Origin: Bacillota bacterium
Lineage (GTDB): Bacteria > Bacillota > GCA-003054495 > Carboxydocellales > JAJZTU01
NCBI GenBank assembly: GCA_021848765.1
Contig: JAJZTU010000001.1
Span: forward strand, 1 to 55,762
Direction: 5' to 3'
DNA length: 55,762 nt
Each line of letters begins with the position of its first letter. Position 1 is the stretch's first letter. Position numbers and translations under genes: made by a program. Below the pieces are notes generated by a model. The model ran no database searches, was not told the DNA's origin, and worked only from the letters and a program-made list of their open reading frames with translations. Positions 50,310-55,762 of this stretch are shown here, piece by piece.

Positions 50310-50506
50310 CACCGCACCACCCTAACTTGCCGCACTCCCTTGTAAACGATACGCCCCTGCTGGGCCAGCTCGGCAAGATGGTACTGTACTGTGCTTGTGC
50401 TAAGCAACCCTACTGCTCTGCCGATTTCCCGGACTGACGGGGCCCACTGGTGCTCATCGTGATAATCCCGGATAAACTGTAGTATCCTATCTTTTGTGGT
50501 CATCAT
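50309..50506 (-). CDS. LexA-N-terminal-like winged-helix DNA-binding protein
   Basis: 65 aa. PSVREIGRAVGLLSTSTVQYHLAELAQQGRI matches the LexA DNA-binding domain pattern. Confidence 0.55.
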   Translation of the reverse strand: MMTTKDRILQFIRDYHDEHQWAPSVREIGRAVGLLSTSTVQYHLAELAQQGRIVYKGVRQVRVVR

Positions 50507-50518
50507 TGCAGCACCTCC

Positions 50519-50695
50519 CTAATCCACTCTCTGCCACCCAATATCTATATAGTTGCTTGCCCATTCTTTGGTATGTTCGCAAAGCACTTTCTCGATTTCA
50601 TCCTCTGACTTGCCTTCTATTTCCTCGTCAGGTATTTCGATAATGTCCTCATGATCATTTCCGCATCCAATACTTAAGTACACTTTGATTTTCAT
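50519..50695 (-). CDS. Acidic mini-protein (58 aa)
   Basis: ATG follows GGTGGAGGTG and overlaps the upstream TGA. Confidence 0.45.
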   Translation of the reverse strand: MKIKVYLSIGCGNDHEDIIEIPDEEIEGKSEDEIEKVLCEHTKEWASNYIDIGWQRVD

Positions 50696-50856
50696 TCCAG
50701 CACCTCCACCGTTATGCGGACGCGTTTGCCACTCAGACCGACTTCCTCCAAAAACTCACACGCAGGAATCTTTCTGACTTCATCCTCAACCCCAAAGCAA
50801 TTGCTTTCAGGATATTCCTTGTTCCACACTACACCTTCCCAAACGTGCTTTCCCAT
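50692..50856 (-). CDS. Hypothetical mini-protein (54 aa)
   Basis: ATG lies 9 nt after GGAGG and is coupled by ATGA to the next gene. Confidence 0.45.
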   Translation of the reverse strand: MGKHVWEGVVWNKEYPESNCFGVEDEVRKIPACEFLEEVGLSGKRVRITVEVLE

Positions 50857-50857
50857 C

Positions 50858-51079
50858 CTATCCTGCCTCCTTGTAATGACTGCACACGACCGGCACTATG
50901 GTATTAGGTGTGATCACCGCTCTTATGCCCTTTCCGCTGCACCACGGGCAGTCAGATACGTCGCACCCGCCTTTGTGATTCACACAGGTCAGACAAATGC
51001 ACCCAGGGTTGCATTCAACGGCTATTTCCCACATGATTCCTTCTCCTGCTTCCTCACTATCTGCGGAACCTGCTTCCAA
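50858..51079 (-). CDS. Cys-rich small protein
   Basis: It contains C..GCICLTC....GGC..SDCPWC. The start may be the internal MWEI. Confidence 0.45.
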   Translation of the reverse strand: MEAGSADSEEAGEGIMWEIAVECNPGCICLTCVNHKGGCDVSDCPWCSGKGIRAVITPNTIVPVVCSHYKEAG

Positions 51080-51138
51080 GCGTTCCGGTCGGCCAACACT
51101 TTCAGCATTTTGCGTTTGTTTGGTTTTCTTTTAGACAC

Positions 51139-51456
51139 CTAACCTTCCTCCCTTTTTCGCTCCATGCATTTCTTGCAGACCATCGTTCCGCTGGCCGACG
51201 AAATAATCAGTGCTCCTGTCGTGCTTTTTGTCTGACCGCAGTCATTGCAGGTAAATTTCTTCGCTGCGTACTCGCATTTAATCCCTCTAGGCTTTCTAAT
51301 TTCGGCGCTGTACCTTTCCCAATTAATCCCGCTAAATCCGCAATAGCAGGTCGGTCTAGTTGGGCCGGTAACTCCAGTTGCTTTTTGCAGGCCAATACTT
51401 ATTCCTGCCCGATATGTAAAATGCTCGCATGTTTGGCATTTGCTCATTTTAATCAC
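51139..51456 (-). CDS. Cys-rich hypothetical protein
   Basis: 105 aa with CQTC, CYC, CNDC and CKKC pairs. Confidence 0.55.
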   Translation of the reverse strand: MIKMSKCQTCEHFTYRAGISIGLQKATGVTGPTRPTCYCGFSGINWERYSAEIRKPRGIKCEYAAKKFTCNDCGQTKSTTGALIISSASGTMVCKKCMERKREEG

Positions 51457-51474
51457 TCCAATCTACTCCCGGAA

Positions 51475-51771
51475 TCAACCCACTTCCCGCATTACATCAT
51501 CCACGCTTCTGGCAACAATATACCTTCCCCCATGATGTTCTAAGTCCGTCCTAAATTGTTCCTGGTGCTCAGATACCCTGCCTTTGGGTGTCTTAACCTC
51601 TATCCATATCACTTGGCCGTTTTTGATAGCGGTCAGGTCTGCCAGTCCCCGGTGGCTTCCCAGGGACTGGTGATTCTTGTAGACGAAATAGCCTTTCAGT
51701 TGGAGGTACTGTTTGATTTCGGCCTGAATTTGGCTCTCAGGCACCTTTGGTTCTATCCTTTTCGCTACCAC
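51475..51771 (-). CDS. VRR-NUC domain nuclease
   Basis: 98 aa. GLADLTAIKNGQVIWIEVKTPKGRVSEHQ carries the D...E.K PD-(D/E)xK core in the VRR-NUC arrangement. GTG start lies 7 nt after GGAGG. Confidence 0.75.
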   Translation of the reverse strand: MVAKRIEPKVPESQIQAEIKQYLQLKGYFVYKNHQSLGSHRGLADLTAIKNGQVIWIEVKTPKGRVSEHQEQFRTDLEHHGGRYIVARSVDDVMREVG

Positions 51772-51919
51772 TTTCCGTCCTCCCCTCCCACTTCACCAGT
51801 TCTTTCCCGCATCTCGGGCAGTATTTCCACGTGCTGCACGGGTGCGTAGCCAAGCTATTATGCGAGTTACGCCTACTTCTGTTTATTCGGCACTTCTTCG
51901 GGCACATCAGGACCGGCAT
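51737..51919 (-). CDS. Zn-ribbon mini-protein (60 aa)
   Basis: The internal ATG at 51919 follows AAGGGGGTG. It has C...C and CPRC. Confidence 0.4.
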   Translation of the reverse strand: MPVLMCPKKCRINRSRRNSHNSLATHPCSTWKYCPRCGKELVKWEGRTESGSEKDRTKGA

Positions 51920-51947
51920 TGGGATCACCCCCTTATTCACGCATCTC

Positions 51948-53234
51948 TTAAGCCACTTCCGGATCAAAGTCATGCGCTTCATCGTCCCAGGTCTCATCTT
52001 CCCACACTAACCTATCAATCCGGTCAAATGCGCACGGTCTAATTTCGAGTAAATCATTCGCGTCATATACATCCATAATTGATATTTGTCCATTTCTTTT
52101 GGCGATCTGGATGTTCTGAATCTCTGCAGCCATTCCCTTGCTCATAAAAGTCATCCACTGTTTCGGATGTGTCCGTCTCAGCATGGCCATGTGATTATTG
52201 GGATAGAGCAGGTCGGTACCACACCCCATACAACCGTTACGCTTGATTTTGTGATAGGCCCCGTCTTTATCCTTAAAGCCCATGTCATATAGGGTTGAAT
52301 ACGGTACATTAAACCTCTTGATATATGCCCAGATGTCATCATCGGTCCATATAGAAAGGGGATTGGAGTGCCAGAATGGGTCTCCATTCTCCCCGCCCAG
52401 GTGCGGACGATGCGACTTAAACAAGTATCCTCTGGTGATGAAATTTGTTTGTCGGGGCCTGCTCTCGGCGGCCATAAGCCCCTTGAAAATCACATCTACA
52501 TCTAGCTCCGCCTGCAGCCGTTCGCTTGGCTCTTTTTTCAGAACATCACAGCAGGCCTGGCTAAATTTACATTGTTTAAGCAACTCATAATAGCTTAACA
52601 ATTTCTTATCTTCGCTCTGGCTTTTAGAGAACCTCAGGAAACAATCAATATTAATCCGTCTGGCCTTAAGCTTTGAAGCCGCTTTTCCTAATAGAGGGAA
52701 ACCATACTGGTCAACACACCACCAATAACTCTTGCGTGTTCCGGCTGGCCATATCAATCCTGCTTCTTCAATTTCTTTGCGCATATGAGGAGGACAAAGG
52801 GCTTCTAGTGCCCTGGTGCTTTTAAGTTTACCGTCCGGTTTAAGAATTTCATGAATCCGGTCTGTCCTGACAAGAAAATCTAATATCTGTCTTTGTGCCG
52901 CGTATTTTAATCCTTCTTCTTCTGTCCGGCAAGGCATGGCTTCGTAGAAATTGCCTCTGCCCCAATCCTTTTTCAACATACGGGCAAACTTTACGCATTC
53001 AGGGTATTCAACGCCAGTGTTTCCGTAGTTAATCACTGTGCGCTTAGCTTCTACCGGAAAATGGGTCATGATTAAGTGCCAGAGTACCGTGCTGTCTTTG
53101 CCGGCAGAAAACGCTATTGCGGCTCGGCGGCGGCATACGTTGTATGCTGATTTTATAGCTGATACTGCGGTGGAAATTTTATAGTCCAAATCACGACCTT
53201 GCTCCTGCCTTAAATCACGATAGCTAATAAACAT
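51948..53234 (-). CDS. PAPS-reductase/DndC/SspD-like PP-loop ATP pyrophosphatase
   Basis: 428 aa. The PP-loop is AFSAGKDS, followed by CCDVLKKEP, GLMAAESRPR, NPLSIWTDDDIWAYI....VPYSTLY and the C-terminal NGCMGCG. Confidence 0.8.
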   Translation of the reverse strand: MFISYRDLRQEQGRDLDYKISTAVSAIKSAYNVCRRRAAIAFSAGKDSTVLWHLIMTHFPVEAKRTVINYGNTGVEYPECVKFARMLKKDWGRGNFYEAMPCRTEEEGLKYAAQRQILDFLVRTDRIHEILKPDGKLKSTRALEALCPPHMRKEIEEAGLIWPAGTRKSYWWCVDQYGFPLLGKAASKLKARRINIDCFLRFSKSQSEDKKLLSYYELLKQCKFSQACCDVLKKEPSERLQAELDVDVIFKGLMAAESRPRQTNFITRGYLFKSHRPHLGGENGDPFWHSNPLSIWTDDDIWAYIKRFNVPYSTLYDMGFKDKDGAYHKIKRNGCMGCGTDLLYPNNHMAMLRRTHPKQWMTFMSKGMAAEIQNIQIAKRNGQISIMDVYDANDLLEIRPCAFDRIDRLVWEDETWDDEAHDFDPEVA

Positions 53235-53560
53235 TCACTCACCTCCGGTGCCATTCTTATCCACACCCTTGTCCTCAGGTTGGCCACAGACCGAATAACT
53301 GCCCCTGCTCCCGCTCTCTTGCCCATGGCGCATATTCTGCAAAGGAACAAACCTTGTATATCCTGCCATTCACCCCGCGTCACCATCCCCTCAGCCTCCC
53401 ACATCTCCCGCAAGCGGTAGGCGTACAATATCCCACTCTTGATGTCCTGGCGCACTATCGGATTGTCAAAACACTTCGCATAGGCTGCGCTAATTTTGCG
53501 GGCCGGGCCAGTTCTACACCGCTTGACCATGCCTGCTGCACTTTCGTTGCTCTCATGCAA
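53210..53560 (-). CDS. Hypothetical protein
   Basis: 116-aa ORF overlapping the PP-loop gene by 25 nt. The TTG start is uncertain. Confidence 0.45.
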   Translation of the reverse strand: MHESNESAAGMVKRCRTGPARKISAAYAKCFDNPIVRQDIKSGILYAYRLREMWEAEGMVTRGEWQDIQGLFLCRICAMGKRAGAGAVIRSVANLRTRVWIRMAPEVSECLLAIVI

Positions 53561-53670
53561 GCACCCCCTTTTTCACATCCACCGTAGCAGTAGGCTCGTC
53601 GAATATCTTTGTCTGTGCCTGCTCTAAAAAATATTTTTGCTGGTATATGGTTGTTTGAACGCTTTGCGCT

Positions 53671-53931
53671 TCATGCCATCACTCCCAATACGCCCCCATC
53701 TCTGGGCTTGATTTTCCCGCGCTCCGCCAAGTCCATGATCAACGCCGCAATTTCAATCTGATGGGCTTTCATAGCTAGAGCTATTCTTTGGACATGGTGC
53801 CCTTCCGACCACATCTGCTTAATCTTGGCTATCTCTGACGGCATCCATTCAAGTTTATAATCTTCCAGGGCTATATAAACCTCCTCCTGGGGCCGGTACA
53901 TTCGTAGTTCTGATGCCCCATGCTTGTCCAT
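53671..53931 (-). CDS. Small HTH-like hypothetical protein
   Basis: 86 aa. W.EGHHVQRIALAMKAHQIEIAALIMDLAERGKI resembles a small HTH module. Confidence 0.5.
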   Translation of the reverse strand: MDKHGASELRMYRPQEEVYIALEDYKLEWMPSEIAKIKQMWSEGHHVQRIALAMKAHQIEIAALIMDLAERGKIKPRDGGVLGVMA

Positions 53932-54297
53932 GTGTCCACCTCGCTTTACGCCGACTTATACCTAGGCCTTTGCACCTGACTTAAGCTTCGCACTTCTCTG
54001 CCCTTCCGACTTGGTTTGGTTTTCCAGAGGTAGTAGAATATCGTGTCAGGATGTGCGCTTATCAACTCTCTTGGGTTCACGCCGCTTCCCCCTCCTTGCT
54101 ACCGGCTTATATGGCGATGTCGTGAGGAACCACCGCCAGAAGGTATTGCTGTCGCTATTGACTATTTCGGTTGGTGTCATGGTATCACCCCGCAATATAT
54201 ACACCCAGGCCGTTGGTCGGCCAGGCCAACGCAAACCTGTCTTGCCGGCACCCCTAGTGGAAGGCCCAGCAGGGCGGACACCCGGGTGGTTGTCACA

Positions 54298-54711
54298 TTA
54301 AAATGGAATATCCTCCTCTGGTGGCAGTTCTCCTCCCCTGAATTGTCCAGGTGGTGGCTCCCAGGCATCGCCCCGGTTGTCCTGCTTTGGTTTGGCATAC
54401 CGGGCCTCGTCCACCACAACCTCTGTGACCCACTTCTTTGCGCCGTCCTGGCCGTCATAAGTGCGTACCCTTATTGACCCTCGCACCGTCACCTGTTGGC
54501 CCTTTTGGAGGTCATTCCCCAGATATTCAGCCAGCTTATAGTTGCCCCGGTCGAAAGCTACGCAGTTAATGAAATCGGCTTCCTTCTCGCCTTGGGCATT
54601 TTTATAAGCTCTATCCACCGCCAGAGTGAAGTTCGCTACACCAACCCCTTGTTGGCTATATCTGAGCTCAGGTGGTTTCGTTAACCGACCGACTAATACG
54701 ACTATATTCAC
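54298..54711 (-). CDS. ssb: Single-stranded DNA-binding protein
   Basis: OB-fold N-terminus MNIVVLVGRLTKPPELRY, a Gly/Pro-rich linker and the acidic tip EEDIPF. Confidence 0.92.
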   Translation of the reverse strand: MNIVVLVGRLTKPPELRYSQQGVGVANFTLAVDRAYKNAQGEKEADFINCVAFDRGNYKLAEYLGNDLQKGQQVTVRGSIRVRTYDGQDGAKKWVTEVVVDEARYAKPKQDNRGDAWEPPPGQFRGGELPPEEDIPF

Positions 54712-54896
54712 GCTTTCCTACTCTCCTTTGCTTCCAGGTTTTCGATGACTTCTTCAATCGTCGGGCGCGGTGCCCACATGCTTTTGTTGCACTTGTCATC
54801 CTTGAGCCGTGCAGTATATCCCATGCAGCGGCCCACTTTTATTGTGTTCGGGATTTTGTATTCTGGCTCCCAAAAGCCGCAGTTTCCACAGTTCAT
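54708..54896 (-). CDS. Cys-containing mini-protein
   Basis: 62 aa (MNCGNCG...C...C), coupled by 4-nt overlaps on both sides. Confidence 0.5.
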   Translation of the reverse strand: MNCGNCGFWEPEYKIPNTIKVGRCMGYTARLKDDKCNKSMWAPRPTIEEVIENLEAKESRKA

Positions 54897-55516
54897 GGCT
54901 CATCTTCTCCCTCCCATAAATGCGGCATAATGCATACATCATGAACATTAATTCCGTCTGCATCGCAGTCGTTGCAGCGGAACTTTTGACAACGCATTTC
55001 GCAGGTATAGCATTTACAGTCATCACACCTCACGCCCTCCTTCGCAATGTGAAACTCCCACAGCCCAAGCCTTCCCTTGGCCGGTATCGGTTTCGGTAGA
55101 GGTCTGACATCCTCCAAAATCCAGGCGTACCGACCGGGGGTGTAATCACCAAATGACCGCTCCGGCTCAGGCGGCAGGGGCCGTGCTTGGCTTTCGTCCA
55201 ATTTGAGCTTGCCTTTTTCGTAATAGGTCCTTACCATGTCAGTTTCTCGGATTAGATAAATATCAACCAGGATGCCCTTAGAGATGATCGCCCCCCGTTC
55301 AAGTATCAGTCCTCCACTCGGAGTTAGAAACTGCTTTAGTGCGGTGAAAAATGGTTCCCCAAATGCCTCATCGCACGCCTTTTTCCCTTTACTCGCATGT
55401 ATTGCCAGTGGTCCCCGGTACTTTACAGACCAAGACCGGGTTTCAATTTTCTTGGCCCCCACGGCTGCCAGAGAGGCCCAAGGCTGAAGTATACTAATCA
55501 CCTTCACTGTTTTCAC
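54893..55516 (-). CDS. ASCH-domain protein with a Cys-rich C-terminal extension
   Basis: ISILQPWASLAAVGAKKIETRSW is the ASCH signature. The tail is CDDCKCYTCEMRCQKFRCNDC. Confidence 0.65.
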   Translation of the reverse strand: MKTVKVISILQPWASLAAVGAKKIETRSWSVKYRGPLAIHASKGKKACDEAFGEPFFTALKQFLTPSGGLILERGAIISKGILVDIYLIRETDMVRTYYEKGKLKLDESQARPLPPEPERSFGDYTPGRYAWILEDVRPLPKPIPAKGRLGLWEFHIAKEGVRCDDCKCYTCEMRCQKFRCNDCDADGINVHDVCIMPHLWEGEDEP

Positions 55517-55635
55517 CCCTCACTACGCGCTCCTCGCCATTAAATACTCCTGCCAGCCTTCAGCGATGACATCCTCACTCAGGCCCATCGCCCTGGCCCA
55601 AGTCCGAGTTAAGGTAAACTGCTCTTTCAGTGATA

Positions 55636-55762
55636 GGCCATTGAATACACCCATTTGCTCAAAGGCTTTACAGGCTTCATGTACGTGCCAGACGGTCATG
55701 ATTTACCTCCCTATTGCGCCAGTTTTAGTCCCCTCCGCAATTCCCCTATGTTGCGCCGCCCT
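55636..55762. repeat. Terminal overlap, right copy
   Basis: It matches nt 10-135 with one extra T at 55740-55742. Confidence 0.95.

Noticed and set aside
55609-55698. 29-codon ORF (MTVWHVHEACKAFEQMGVFNG..) with a strong GGAGG RBS in the junction region.
   Set aside because: It is too short and uncharacterised to call. It lies partly in the overlap whose sequence is uncertain, so I mention it only in the junction finding.
1-55762. tRNA, tmRNA and rRNA genes.
   Set aside because: Scanning the intergenic regions by eye showed no cloverleaf-compatible sequence with a GTTCGAATC-type T-loop. A tRNAscan-SE or ARAGORN run would be needed to exclude them formally.

Overview
The window is a complete, end-overlapping (circularly closed or terminally redundant) genome of about 55.6 kb. 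It belongs to a temperate HK97-like siphovirus of a Gram-positive host that probably has an S-layer (Clostridia-type). This host call is an inference from the SLH-domain endolysin, GGAGG ribosome-binding sites (RBS), and GTG/TTG start codons. Nt 10-135 repeat nt 55636-55762, and nt 1-9 look like an Illumina adapter remnant.

About 46 kb forms one co-directional minus-strand run that continues across the contig junction. In transcription order it contains:
- a cro-like gene at 14119
- Zn-ribbon mini-genes
- a recombination block (SMC/Rad50-like ATPase, UvrD helicase)
- an SNF2-methyltransferase fusion and a Gp37/Gp68 gene
- a LysM inhibitor-like gene, a replisome organizer and dnaB
- across the junction: ASCH, ssb, a PAPS-reductase-like enzyme, VRR-NUC, a LexA-like winged HTH and HNH genes
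- an ArpU-like late regulator and three stacked HNH genes
- terS, terL, portal, ClpP protease and capsid
- connectors, two tail-tube paralogs and the G/GT chaperone with a -1 frameshift
- tape measure, tail tip and fibre, the lysis cassette, and post-lysis cargo, ending at a terminator at about 24.5 kb

The remaining ~10 kb (14.2-24.5 kb) is an accessory island with four parts:
- an ImmR-like repressor, an ImmA protease and a large serine integrase
- a DNA-transfer block typical of integrative mobilizable or actinomycete integrative conjugative elements (IME/AICE): XRE, FtsK/SpoIIIE ATPase, Replic_Relax and two small membrane proteins
- a GC-rich operon driven by a consensus promoter, containing repeated hairpin-RBS cassettes and a ~425-nt highly structured non-coding element
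- an AT-rich four-gene operon

The most interesting signals are:
- the phage/transfer-element chimera
- the structured non-coding element
- the divergent lysis-lysogeny promoters that share one palindromic -35 hexamer
- an HNH gene with an in-frame TGA exactly at a zinc-ligand Cys codon
- an orphan DndC/SspD-like PP-loop enzyme

No tRNA, rRNA or CRISPR array was seen. All family assignments come from motif recognition by eye, not from database searches.
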